A stretch of DNA of 62,043 bases from a virus. Taxonomy: Duplodnaviria > Caudoviricetes. The stretch is taken from IMG/VR virus record IMGVR_UViG_3300003886_000003, positions 1 to 62,043 of that record, one strand, 5' to 3'. The translations under genes were made by a program, and so were the position numbers. Positions 46,301 through 55,222 of the stretch are shown here, in pieces (within the stretch, counting starts at the first letter, position 1; each line of letters opens with the position of its first letter). A model generated the notes under the pieces. The model was not told the DNA's origin and made no database searches. It saw only the letters and a list, made by a program, of their open reading frames with translations.

Positions 46301-46581
46301 CAAAACTATCCATTGCTACTATTATATCGCTCTTGACACTCATCGGGGGCGCGTACGCGTGGGACTTCTCACAGCGGCAACAGACCCACCAGGATATGAG
46401 CACGCATGTTGCGATGGCTGATATTGAGCTAGACTTGCAGCGTATTAATCTTGAGCTAAAGCTACTGCGCACAATACGTGAACGCAGGCCACTTACCCCA
46501 GATGAAGATGACCGCTTAAATTATCTGATTCAGTTAAGGGGAATCCTACGTGAAAAACAACAGCGAGAAGTCAATGGGTAA
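46297..46581 (+). CDS. Membrane-anchored coiled-coil protein (possible spanin-like)
   Basis: N-terminal TM plus coiled coil. Confidence 0.45.
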   Translation: MTKLSIATIISLLTLIGGAYAWDFSQRQQTHQDMSTHVAMADIELDLQRINLELKLLRTIRERRPLTPDEDDRLNYLIQLRGILREKQQREVNG

Positions 46582-47182
46582 AGGTTTGTTCTCTGCCTGG
46601 GGTAACTTGCCTGGATGTGACTTGCCGGGATATCCAGGTGCCCATATCCACCTTGGGCAGAGAACTCTATTACTGGTATTACTTTTGATGTCGTCGATCA
46701 CCAGCGCCGCGACAGTGCCACTGATAGAGACATGCACAACGCCCGTGCCACCCTGCACGATCTACAATCAATCTGTCCTGTGGGTGCTGACCGGCGATGA
46801 GCACGAGATGAGTTGGGTTGAGAACTCACCCGATTTAAGCGTAGTTAATATTATCTATGATGTACAGCTATTGAAGTTCCCCCCGGACGACGCCAACCCG
46901 ATACCTGTTGCAAAGGGTGCGTTCTCTGAGGGCAACAACGCTTTTAAATGGGTGGTGCCCAAGGCTGGGTGGTATTATGGCCGCGTGAGGGCTTGTAACA
47001 ACACTGGTGTCCCGCAAGATGGCTCGCTGGTGACTTCTACAGAGCGCACAGCAGGGAGCTGGTGGGAGTGTAGCACCTGGGCGGTATCCTACGACCCCGC
47101 CTTTACCGAGCAAGCAGTGTTCCCTCGTGGGTTCATTATCTATGTCAAATTAAAATCAGCTACAGGGGGTAGCATCCAATGA
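46574..47182 (+). CDS. FN3/Ig-like hypothetical protein
   Basis: W...YDVQ...YYGRVRACN...S.W pattern; true start uncertain. Confidence 0.55.
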   Translation: MGKGLFSAWGNLPGCDLPGYPGAHIHLGQRTLLLVLLLMSSITSAATVPLIETCTTPVPPCTIYNQSVLWVLTGDEHEMSWVENSPDLSVVNIIYDVQLLKFPPDDANPIPVAKGAFSEGNNAFKWVVPKAGWYYGRVRACNNTGVPQDGSLVTSTERTAGSWWECSTWAVSYDPAFTEQAVFPRGFIIYVKLKSATGGSIQ

Positions 47183-47514
47183 GTAGAATAAACCAACGAA
47201 AGCTAATCGTTGATCCCAATTCGGCAACCACGAGCTGGGTGTGGTACGTCACCACCAAGCTGAATGCTGCAGATCAAGCGACATGGCTGGCTGAAATTGA
47301 TGCAGGCACTGTATCAGCGATAGCAATTACCGCTGTGCCTGAGTGGGTTATCGACGGTGCGCTTAATGAAGGGAATTACGACTTCGCTGTAGTGCAGGCA
47401 GATGTCGCTGGCAATACCTCAGACCCGGCAACATTCCCGGCATGGGCCGCAGTCCCTTTAGACATCGTGCCCCCTCCACCGGCAACGGGCGGCGCAATCG
47501 TTTCAGCCGGGTAA
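47179..47514 (+). CDS. Ig/FN3-like small protein
   Basis: EGNYDFAVVQADVAGNTSDP. Confidence 0.6.
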   Translation: MSRINQRKLIVDPNSATTSWVWYVTTKLNAADQATWLAEIDAGTVSAIAITAVPEWVIDGALNEGNYDFAVVQADVAGNTSDPATFPAWAAVPLDIVPPPPATGGAIVSAG

Positions 47515-47548
47515 TACGCAGCATAATACGCTGGCTGCGGGGGCTATT

Positions 47549-47794
47549 TTAACCTTCGTCCCAGGAATCTTGAATGCTGACTTGTTCAATACCTTCTTGG
47601 CGATGCTTGGCAAAGTATGACTGCACCACCTCGACATCGGCCACGTATTTGTGGGCGAGCTTATAGACCGGCACAGGGAAGACACCCAGTGCAATGTCTT
47701 TCCGAGCTGCACGCATGTTCTTAAATTTGAATAGCGCGGTAAGCTCTTTGAGTGTGAAGTATGGCAGAGAAACGTCAAAATTTTGACTATTCAT
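47549..47794 (-). CDS. Xis/AlpA-like winged-helix DNA-binding protein
   Basis: FTLKELTALF...RKDIALGVFPVPVYKL. Confidence 0.55.
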   Translation of the reverse strand: MNSQNFDVSLPYFTLKELTALFKFKNMRAARKDIALGVFPVPVYKLAHKYVADVEVVQSYFAKHRQEGIEQVSIQDSWDEG

Positions 47795-47810
47795 AAAATT
47801 CCCATTGTAA

Positions 47811-47840
47811 AAAAGTGTAATAAAGTGTAAAAAAGTGTAA
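47811..47840 (+). repeat. Three tandem 10-bp repeats (WAAAGTGTAA), operator-like
   Basis: AAAAGTGTAA TAAAGTGTAA AAAAGTGTAA just upstream of the Xis-like gene. Confidence 0.8.
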
Positions 47841-47858
47841 CAGGTATTTTGCCCCTTT

Positions 47859-49280
47859 TCAAGCCTTGGCGACACGCTTCTTGAGCATATTCATGCGCCT
47901 ATCCTGGCCACGCTCTTTGTCATCCAGTGTACAGATAACATCCAGATCGATTGTGCCTTCAGCAGCGATCACATGGATCACCACCCCGTGCCCACGCCTC
48001 AGACCCCCTATCAGCCGCGCATTGGCTTGCAGGAACAGCTCAAGCGACCAGTTCAGCCCGAACCAGATAAGCTCCTGTGCGCCCCCGTGCTGCAGGTTCA
48101 AGCCATGGCCCGCGCTCTTGGGGTGCATGATCAGTACCGGCGTTTTCCCTGCGTTAAATCGATCCTCAGACGCTTCATCTGACAGGACATCCCACTTTAT
48201 TTTGGCTTTCGTGAGTGCTTCCTTGATTCGTACCAGATCAGACTTGAAGTTGTAGACCACCATGACCGGCCCAGTAGCCAAGCTGAGCACTTCCAGCAGC
48301 GCCTCAATCTTGTGATCGTGGAAAGCTACCCAATCGGGTGAGGTAGTGTAGACAGCGCCGTTAGCGAGCTGCAGGAGCTTACCAGACAGCACTCCGGCGT
48401 TGACAGCGGTAATCTTTTTGCCTTTGACCTTCAACATGTAGCGCCGTTCCATGCGCTTGTAGTCCTTCCACTGTGCCGGGGTCATCTCCACCATGATGGG
48501 GTTGTACATGACTTCAGGCAATTCCAGCCAGTCCTCAGCTCGGAGTGACATGGCAAGATCACCGATCAGAGCCATAATTTCTTTCTCGGCATGAGGTTTC
48601 GGGGTCCAGCCGTACTCATACTGACTGGGTGGGTTAAACCACCGTGTCCGGTAAGCAGTGATATTGATACCCAGGCGCTCACCACGATCCAGCAGGAAAA
48701 TCTGTGACCACAGCGCCAGTAGATCACCGGGCGTACCGGTCAGCTCAATAATACGGCCCATGAACCGGCGCACTTTCTTCAGTGCATTGAATCGATGGGA
48801 GGCGTGAGATTGATAGCAGCTAGACTCATCGATCACCATGCTATCCCACTTCCACCTTCTAACCATTTTACGCTCATGCACATGCTGGCCCACCAGCCAT
48901 GTCATGTTCTCGTTGTTGATGGTGTAGATGTCAGCTTCCTGATCCATCGCAGCTAGGCGCTGCTCAGGGGTGCCGACCATGTGTACAATATTCAGGCTGC
49001 GGGTATGTGCCCATGCGTCTATCTCATCAGCCCAAACTTTCCGGGCTACTCTGAGTGGTGCAGTCACGAGGGTTTTACTGACATCAAAGCTATATTGCAG
49101 CTTCGTTAATGCGGTAAGCGTACCGACTGTCTTTCCCAACCCCATGTCCACCCAAAGTGCGCACATCGGGTGCTCAATAATATGGTCAACCATCATGTTC
49201 TGATAGTTGTACATATCCTCTTCAGAGAATTTTACAGGCTTTCTTGTTCGGGATACTGCGGGGGGCTTTAATCGGGCCAT
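47859..49280 (-). CDS. SNF2-like SF2 helicase
   Basis: DMGLGKT, VIDESS, LTGTP, SAGHGLNLQ, QANARL. Confidence 0.92.
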   Translation of the reverse strand: MARLKPPAVSRTRKPVKFSEEDMYNYQNMMVDHIIEHPMCALWVDMGLGKTVGTLTALTKLQYSFDVSKTLVTAPLRVARKVWADEIDAWAHTRSLNIVHMVGTPEQRLAAMDQEADIYTINNENMTWLVGQHVHERKMVRRWKWDSMVIDESSCYQSHASHRFNALKKVRRFMGRIIELTGTPGDLLALWSQIFLLDRGERLGINITAYRTRWFNPPSQYEYGWTPKPHAEKEIMALIGDLAMSLRAEDWLELPEVMYNPIMVEMTPAQWKDYKRMERRYMLKVKGKKITAVNAGVLSGKLLQLANGAVYTTSPDWVAFHDHKIEALLEVLSLATGPVMVVYNFKSDLVRIKEALTKAKIKWDVLSDEASEDRFNAGKTPVLIMHPKSAGHGLNLQHGGAQELIWFGLNWSLELFLQANARLIGGLRRGHGVVIHVIAAEGTIDLDVICTLDDKERGQDRRMNMLKKRVAKA

Positions 49281-49281
49281 G

Positions 49282-49503
49282 TCAAACACAATGCTGGTGT
49301 TCTGGGTTTACACATAATAGGTTTTCACATGAGTTGCGAACCATATACCCTTCGTCTAGTTCACCATACTCACGCTCATACGCAAAGCGACGAGCAGTTA
49401 CCAGCTCCCCATTATGCAGGAACTGGTCAACTTTTCGCTGCCATATCCAACAGCCTTTTTCATCCAGCTCCCAATATTTATCAAAGTAGAAAGCGATGGT
49501 CAA
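49282..49503 (-). pseudogene. Degenerate/truncated HNH endonuclease
   Basis: CWIW...ARRFAYE..YG...VRNSCENLLCVNPEH; the usual His of AHR and of HxC are replaced and the ORF stops early. Confidence 0.55.
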
Positions 49504-49778
49504 TTGTGTATTCCCAGTATTTTCTTGGTGCCTTTAACCGAGTCAACGAAGTGTGCCTCTGCACCATGCTCAATCAAGTCTTCGTATTCTTCTTGCTGAA
49601 GATCACCGATAACCCCGGTGTCAGGGTCTTTATATTCAATCCAGATGTGCTTCCCACCCTTTATAAATATGCGGTCAAACGCACCGCGAGTGCCAGGAGA
49701 TGTTACTTTTCTGGACTTCCAACCGTGAACTTTAGCAACTCGCACACTGTCACGCTCTATCTTTTTCTCAACACCCAT
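49500..49778 (-). CDS. VRR-NUC domain nuclease
   Basis: EKKIE...G..DR...IEYK...LQ. Confidence 0.85.
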   Translation of the reverse strand: MGVEKKIERDSVRVAKVHGWKSRKVTSPGTRGAFDRIFIKGGKHIWIEYKDPDTGVIGDLQQEEYEDLIEHGAEAHFVDSVKGTKKILGIHN

Positions 49779-49963
49779 TATAGCTGCCCGTTTGGTAGTG
49801 GCTTAATACTTGAAAAAGCATAATCGGAAGCATACTTCAGTGTAGGAGAAAAAACCCACACACCAAATGATGTGTGCCCACTCTCAGATGGCACTACAGT
49901 TCCTATCTCTTTGACGCCCCCTTTGCCAGTGAGTATAACTCGTTGTCCTATCATGTATTTCAT
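49778..49963 (-). CDS. Small SH3-like hypothetical protein
   Basis: KY.IGQRV pattern. Confidence 0.55.
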   Translation of the reverse strand: MKYMIGQRVILTGKGGVKEIGTVVPSESGHTSFGVWVFSPTLKYASDYAFSSIKPLPNGQL

Positions 49964-49964
49964 G

Positions 49965-52007
49965 TCAGTCATCCTTCTTGTATCGATGTGCTCTGAAACC
50001 ACCAGCAGTAATTGGTAGACCCTCAGCCCAGTCAGGCAGGTCGCACATCAGTTCTGCACTCTCATGCAGTGAGCCAAACCCTATCGGCGTTTCCATCATG
50101 ATTTCATCGTGTACTGTACCAATGATGGGGTAGCCTGCAGCTTCAAGGTTGAACATACCATGTACCATGATATCACGTGCTGTGCCCTGTACTGCGTTTT
50201 CAGTCAGCTTACCGCCATAGGTAGGCCACCGCCCCCAGCGTCTTGTGTAGGTATCAACACCGAGGTGTGTGAGCTTATCATTGTGGTCTATCTCCGGCTT
50301 GTAGTACGCGAGTCTGCGACCAGATGGCAGTCTCATGTACAGGAAGTCACCTTTAACTTTGAAGTACAGCTTATTCGTCTTATACATTTTGCCTGGGTTA
50401 GCAACCGCTGCAATTGCAGCTTCTTCAATGGCGTACCACATCCTTACAATCATCGGGTTATCTCTGCGCCAATCAGTTTTTATTTCCTCCCCGCGATCAA
50501 GATCAATATCAACCCCGTAGTTCCCGGCCATCTTCACAAACGCTTTGCCCCCACCTTGGAACCCAAGCGCCAGCTCACCAGTCTTACCCACAAAACGCTC
50601 ATCGGGGTGTGTCTGTTTCATGGTCATCAGGAAGACAAGATCAAGCGGTAAGTTGTACATCTTGGCCCCGGTATACTCGTACACCTTTCCGTGTGTGCGA
50701 AATATTTCCAGCTTGTCTTCCTGACCGGCAAGCCATGCAGTGATACGCCCTTCAATTGAACTATAATCCTGACACAGCAGATCGTATCCGGGCTTGGCAA
50801 TCAACATGCCGCGCACGGTACTTGCGAATATCCTCATCGGGTCTTCAGAGTACAGTGTGCGTATCCAGTCAAGACTCAGTTGCTTATAGGCTTCAATCGC
50901 TAGTTCAGGATCAGGTATAACCGGCCTGAACAAGTTCTGTAGCTGCACAATGAGTGATGACCATCGACCAGTACCCGCTGCATGATAGAGAAACATACCG
51001 CGCAATCGATCATCCAGCAAGCACACAGCGCGGCTCATGGCTTGGTACTTGGATGGCGCTTTCATGCTATGCAGCGCACGCATCTTGATTAACTTTTTGA
51101 CTGGCTTACTGGTGAGTTCAGGGTCTTTCAACGCATCGCGCATTGTCTCCGCTTGCAGGTTTGGTATATTGTAACCGCTGTCTCTGATCCATTCGGCTAC
51201 TTTTGCGGTTTGAGATATGTTGAACCCGCAAAGCTCAAATGAGTCCCTTTCCAGTACGCCCTTGTATTCTTCCAGCAGTTCTTCAACATAGCCAACGTAC
51301 TCAAGGTCAACCATCACCCCGCGATCATTGATTTTCTGATCCAGGTTCCATACCTGTCTTTCTTTTGGGGATAAGTCAGGAAGGTAATCATCCACACCAC
51401 GCTCAGCATAAACGTCATCAACACAATACTGATACAGCGCAATATACTTTTCAGGCGCGTTGTAGACTGTCCACCTATCTTCAGGAATTTTCTTGGTAGG
51501 TTTGCGTGGCTTGCAGAGTTGCAGCATTGCCATGCGCCCCTCTTCACTCTTGAGATGCCCACCGGGAATTGCTTTAGCACAACTGAATAAGTCACGCGGG
51601 AGTGAGTGTGCTGCAGCCTTGGCCGCTGTACAAACCCAGCGCTCTATTGGGATTTCAGGAAACCTGATACGCTTACCGGCACGAGCAGTTAATACTACAC
51701 GCTCGAATTGTGCATTGTGCGCACCCCACTCAACTGACTCATCTGCGCCAGCATCAACGATACACTGGGGTATTTCAGAGCCATGATAGAAATCACCACC
51801 GCGTTCTATATGGAACCACTCCATTGCCTCAACAATCTCAACAGGCAAGTTATCAAGTGGCACCCAGGACGATACATCCTCAGCGTTCATTGCAAAGCAC
51901 CCACAATGCACCAGCGTGCTCTCGTGCTCGGCATATCTAAAAACGCCGGTATGCTTTAAGTTAATGCGGGAGAACGACTCAATATCACAATGGAATCGAT
52001 CAGCCAT
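49965..52007 (-). CDS. DNA polymerase, family A
   Basis: Exo DIES, AHNAQFE, YCVDDV; TGRWSS...QLQN; motif A DYSSIE; motif B R...K...L...F; motif C VHDE. Confidence 0.95.
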   Translation of the reverse strand: MADRFHCDIESFSRINLKHTGVFRYAEHESTLVHCGCFAMNAEDVSSWVPLDNLPVEIVEAMEWFHIERGGDFYHGSEIPQCIVDAGADESVEWGAHNAQFERVVLTARAGKRIRFPEIPIERWVCTAAKAAAHSLPRDLFSCAKAIPGGHLKSEEGRMAMLQLCKPRKPTKKIPEDRWTVYNAPEKYIALYQYCVDDVYAERGVDDYLPDLSPKERQVWNLDQKINDRGVMVDLEYVGYVEELLEEYKGVLERDSFELCGFNISQTAKVAEWIRDSGYNIPNLQAETMRDALKDPELTSKPVKKLIKMRALHSMKAPSKYQAMSRAVCLLDDRLRGMFLYHAAGTGRWSSLIVQLQNLFRPVIPDPELAIEAYKQLSLDWIRTLYSEDPMRIFASTVRGMLIAKPGYDLLCQDYSSIEGRITAWLAGQEDKLEIFRTHGKVYEYTGAKMYNLPLDLVFLMTMKQTHPDERFVGKTGELALGFQGGGKAFVKMAGNYGVDIDLDRGEEIKTDWRRDNPMIVRMWYAIEEAAIAAVANPGKMYKTNKLYFKVKGDFLYMRLPSGRRLAYYKPEIDHNDKLTHLGVDTYTRRWGRWPTYGGKLTENAVQGTARDIMVHGMFNLEAAGYPIIGTVHDEIMMETPIGFGSLHESAELMCDLPDWAEGLPITAGGFRAHRYKKDD

Positions 52008-52791
52008 CTTTATTCATTCTCATATCAAAATGCTCCGCTGCTTCTTTCCTGCTTTCTGCGTCGCTACTAACACATAGCACGCCGCACTCTATATCAGGCA
52101 TCGGTACATCACGTCCCGCTGCAGGGTCAAGTTCATCAAGAAAAACACGTTTCCGCTTTCCATCACCTGCGTAGCTTTTGTTAATTGCTACATTCATTTT
52201 TCGTTCTTGCTGCGCCATTCTATTAAATACTTCAGGGAAATCAATCCGTATTTTATTCCAGTATCCTAGCTGGCCTTTAACACATCCTATGCAGTTATTG
52301 TTGTTATATCCCAGCTTGTACATTGCAGGCAGCTCAATCCCCGCTCTCTGTATTATCCTATAGCAATCGCTTTTAGTGACACCTTTTTCTTGTAGTATCC
52401 ATTCAACTTCTAACTCACCGTTTTCATCTTCAAATCTATCAATGCGTTTTTGCTCATCGGCAGTTAGACCAAAAAGGTGTATGTCTCCATCTTGTTGATA
52501 GTTTTTTCTGACATTGCGCTTTAGCTCCAATGTGCAACGCGCCCCACCAACGCCAATCAGCCAGCCTGTTTTATTAAAAACATCATATATATCTTTAAAC
52601 TTTTTGGAGCAGAGTATTTTAACGCGCTTTCCTACCCAGTTTTCAACATCACGCAAAAACCTCATGTTGTCAGGGTGCTCGTACTTCAAAGTGTCACAGT
52701 ACAGCACTTCGCAGTCAGGATACTTTTCTACAGCCAACTTTGCTGCAACTGCACTGGCTGCTCCACAGCTAAACCAAACTAGCTGTCTCAT
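52000..52791 (-). CDS. PAPS-reductase-like (adenine nucleotide alpha hydrolase) protein
   Basis: WFSCGAASA PP-loop-like, EHPDN.RF, CT.ELK, Y.LGY.NNNCIGCVKG. Confidence 0.8.
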   Translation of the reverse strand: MRQLVWFSCGAASAVAAKLAVEKYPDCEVLYCDTLKYEHPDNMRFLRDVENWVGKRVKILCSKKFKDIYDVFNKTGWLIGVGGARCTLELKRNVRKNYQQDGDIHLFGLTADEQKRIDRFEDENGELEVEWILQEKGVTKSDCYRIIQRAGIELPAMYKLGYNNNNCIGCVKGQLGYWNKIRIDFPEVFNRMAQQERKMNVAINKSYAGDGKRKRVFLDELDPAAGRDVPMPDIECGVLCVSSDAESRKEAAEHFDMRMNKDG

Positions 52792-53165
52792 GGTATCAAT
52801 TCAAAAAAGTCATTGGCGTGTATTCGCTCGAAGATGTCGCGTTGTGGGTGATCCGGGTAATCGTTATTGCTTTTAATGAGGTTTCTTTCCCTGGATATAA
52901 TTCGCAGGTTCCAAGATACATGAAGGCCACAAAAGTTTGGGTGTATTAGAGGGTATATGTGATCGACTTCAACTTCCGCACCGGCCTTACGCATAGCTTT
53001 ACACACACTGTATACTACTCGTATCGCCTTAACATCGGCCCATACAGGCTGCGCGTTCCACAGCTTATTGTAATATTTATGCCCAATTCCTGTTGTCCCT
53101 TCTTTTGGTGGCTTTACAAGCCAGTCAGGTTTCGGGCGCTTCTTGTTGAATGCGTGAGTGCCCAT
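52788..53165 (-). CDS. HNH endonuclease
   Basis: P.WAD...VDHIYPL...CGLHVSWNL...N..KSN. Confidence 0.8.
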   Translation of the reverse strand: MGTHAFNKKRPKPDWLVKPPKEGTTGIGHKYYNKLWNAQPVWADVKAIRVVYSVCKAMRKAGAEVEVDHIYPLIHPNFCGLHVSWNLRIISRERNLIKSNNDYPDHPQRDIFERIHANDFFELIP

Positions 53166-53379
53166 CTAAACTTCGGTAAACACATACACCGCGCCGGAAA
53201 CTACAATAAAGAATATGACAATAAGTGCAGCACCACCAAACGCATCAAGCCAGTCATAAAACTCACTCGTGCCGTTTTTCTTTCCCACTGTTCATCCCCC
53301 AATAAATAAACTTAGCCACAATAAAAGTGGCTGCTATAGACAGTACCAAATATATAACAACGTATTTCATATTAAAAAA

Positions 53380-53467
53380 TGGGTGGTCCGGTTCGCCATC
53401 CCCGGTTGTAGCGAATATTATGCAGGGTTAGATACCATGCGCTAGACATGCTCTGCAATACCACCCA
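53380..53467 (-). ncRNA. Structured intergenic RNA / terminator downstream of SSB
   Basis: UGGGUGGU/ACCACCCA closing stem, internal hairpins, followed by U6. Confidence 0.4.
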
Positions 53468-53479
53468 AATCCTCATCCT

Positions 53480-54064
53480 TTAGTCGTCGAGGAATCCCCC
53501 GTCATCAACGCCGTCGTCATCATCGATGTCAACGATGTCCATTTCTTCGGCTTCAGCAGGCTTGGCACCAAACGCTGTGGAGTCTTTATTAAACTGCACA
53601 ATGCGCAGATTACAATTGACTCGCTTACCGAAATCATTATCCATCACCCATAAGGTAATGTTCGTATTGACATAGCACCCTGAATACGGTCTGCCACTTG
53701 CCTCATCCAGTTCAGCCTTGTTGCGATCAAGAATCTTTGGCTTTGTCTGGTTGGACGTGCGAATGTAGAACATACCCGCGTACCCATCATACTCAATGCC
53801 ATCATCATCAGCGTCGCCAAAACAATACTCCAACTTCTTCACTGGAATTTTGTCTGCGCCCCCATAATACTCAGAGAGGATTTCCTTGGCTGTTTTCTTG
53901 ATGGTGCTGATCATCTTTGCATGATCCTTGCGCGAGGGGTCCATCAAAAAGGTAGCTTCATATCGTGGGGTTTGACCCTGACGAAACGCCTTTGGTGTGA
54001 ACAGCCGTGCAAATGAAAGTCGCACCTCTTTCAGTTGAATAATGTCACTCGTTACTCCTGCCAT
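53480..54064 (-). CDS. Single-stranded DNA-binding protein (DUF2815 / gp2.5-like)
   Basis: VRLSF..LF, YSGCYVN, VQF..D...FG, acidic tail. Confidence 0.9.
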   Translation of the reverse strand: MAGVTSDIIQLKEVRLSFARLFTPKAFRQGQTPRYEATFLMDPSRKDHAKMISTIKKTAKEILSEYYGGADKIPVKKLEYCFGDADDDGIEYDGYAGMFYIRTSNQTKPKILDRNKAELDEASGRPYSGCYVNTNITLWVMDNDFGKRVNCNLRIVQFNKDSTAFGAKPAEAEEMDIVDIDDDDGVDDGGFLDD

Positions 54065-54090
54065 CTTACTTCTCCTGCGTTAACGCGCTA

Positions 54091-54710
54091 TCTGCGCTGG
54101 TTATAAAATCATCTTGGTTGGTTTAATACTGTGCCCCCTTCCCTGCCAGTGTTTGGGCCTTTTTACAGTATCTACAATAGTGTAGTTAATTATTATTTCG
54201 CACCCGCAAGGAATAAGTGGTGCTACAGTTGTTCCCGCTGGCCGCAAACCGCCATACAGCTCAATAGCCTCCCGACGTGCAATTTGCTCGGTAAAGCGCA
54301 GTGGTAATTTTAATGCACCGGGAAGCATGTGATCCTTTTTAACCCATCCAACACCCTTGCGGTTATTAGGTAGGTGCATATCTAAAATTAAAAAGGTGTC
54401 TCCCTCTTTCAACGAGAGCAGCGCATCCCGAATTACTATTTCTTCCAGTTGCATCTTAAATGGGTTAAGTATGCTCCCCTTGATACCACCAACAGAAAGA
54501 AGCTGGCTTTCCAAGTCGCCCCCAATTTCAGTATAGTATATAGCGTTCCCATTTAACTCGAAGTTTTTAGGTGTGGGTTCCATAGGTAGGCTTAGCCCAG
54601 CTACAGGCATAGCGGCTGACGCGCCTGCCACGCCCAGTAGTTTTAGAAAACCGCGCCTACTTATTTCCATTACCATAAAACGCTCCTTTTCTGCGCTGGT
54701 TATAAAATCA
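54091..54710. repeat. 21-bp direct repeat (54091-54111, 54690-54710) flanking the Tat-motif gene
   Basis: TCTGCGCTGGTTATAAAATCA occurs twice. Confidence 0.85.
54101..54676 (-). CDS. Protein with twin-arginine (Tat) signal motif
   Basis: SRRGFLK plus hydrophobic stretch LLGVAGASAA; AGGAG RBS. Confidence 0.7.
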   Translation of the reverse strand: MVMEISRRGFLKLLGVAGASAAMPVAGLSLPMEPTPKNFELNGNAIYYTEIGGDLESQLLSVGGIKGSILNPFKMQLEEIVIRDALLSLKEGDTFLILDMHLPNNRKGVGWVKKDHMLPGALKLPLRFTEQIARREAIELYGGLRPAGTTVAPLIPCGCEIIINYTIVDTVKRPKHWQGRGHSIKPTKMIL

Positions 54711-54899
54711 GTTGCTCTTGATAGGTTTTACTGTGAGTGATTTCCTGCTATTAAACGCATAAAATAGCTGGTCGTTAGGATCAAGCTGCCCTGACCAGTT
54801 AGCAATTGCATCACGAAGGTACTCTCTAATTTCAGACACGTTGTACCCCGCTGGCATAGAAACTGCTACTTCAAATTTTTGTTTTCTATCTTTTTGCAC
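54708..54899 (-). CDS. Hypothetical protein
   Basis: ORF track. Confidence 0.5.
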   Translation of the reverse strand: MQKDRKQKFEVAVSMPAGYNVSEIREYLRDAIANWSGQLDPNDQLFYAFNSRKSLTVKPIKSN

Positions 54900-55018
54900 T
54901 CTATAAACATCCTAATACTGGTGGGCGTCCAGATATGTATTCAAACCCCCGCTGGTCGAAGGTACGGAGTGGGAAAAACACAACAAAAACCCACTTTTGA
55001 ATTTTAACACCCATAAAC

Positions 55019-55222
55019 TTAATCATCTCCCTTATCAAAATCAGCTTCAGGAAATTCATGCCACCCATGACATAGCTCAGTGTCCTCAACTTTACGGTTT
55101 CCTATGCGGTCAAACTGCACAAGTGATATTCCTTTGATGTTATGGTGTGGCCGTATTAGCGCACTGCATCCTTGAAATACAGATATTGTGCCAGTGTACT
55201 CCGCGTGCCACATGTCAGTCAT
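55019..55222 (-). CDS. Hypothetical protein
   Basis: Overlaps the DUF2800 stop. Confidence 0.55.
   Translation of the reverse strand: MTDMWHAEYTGTISVFQGCSALIRPHHNIKGISLVQFDRIGNRKVEDTELCHGWHEFPEADFDKGDD

Noticed and set aside
47549-47794. Integration/excision module
   Set aside because: Xis-like fold only; no tyrosine or serine recombinase and no att-like site recognised
53380-53467. tRNA gene
   Set aside because: No T-arm GTTC loop consensus in a cloverleaf context, no 7-nt anticodon loop and no CCA end
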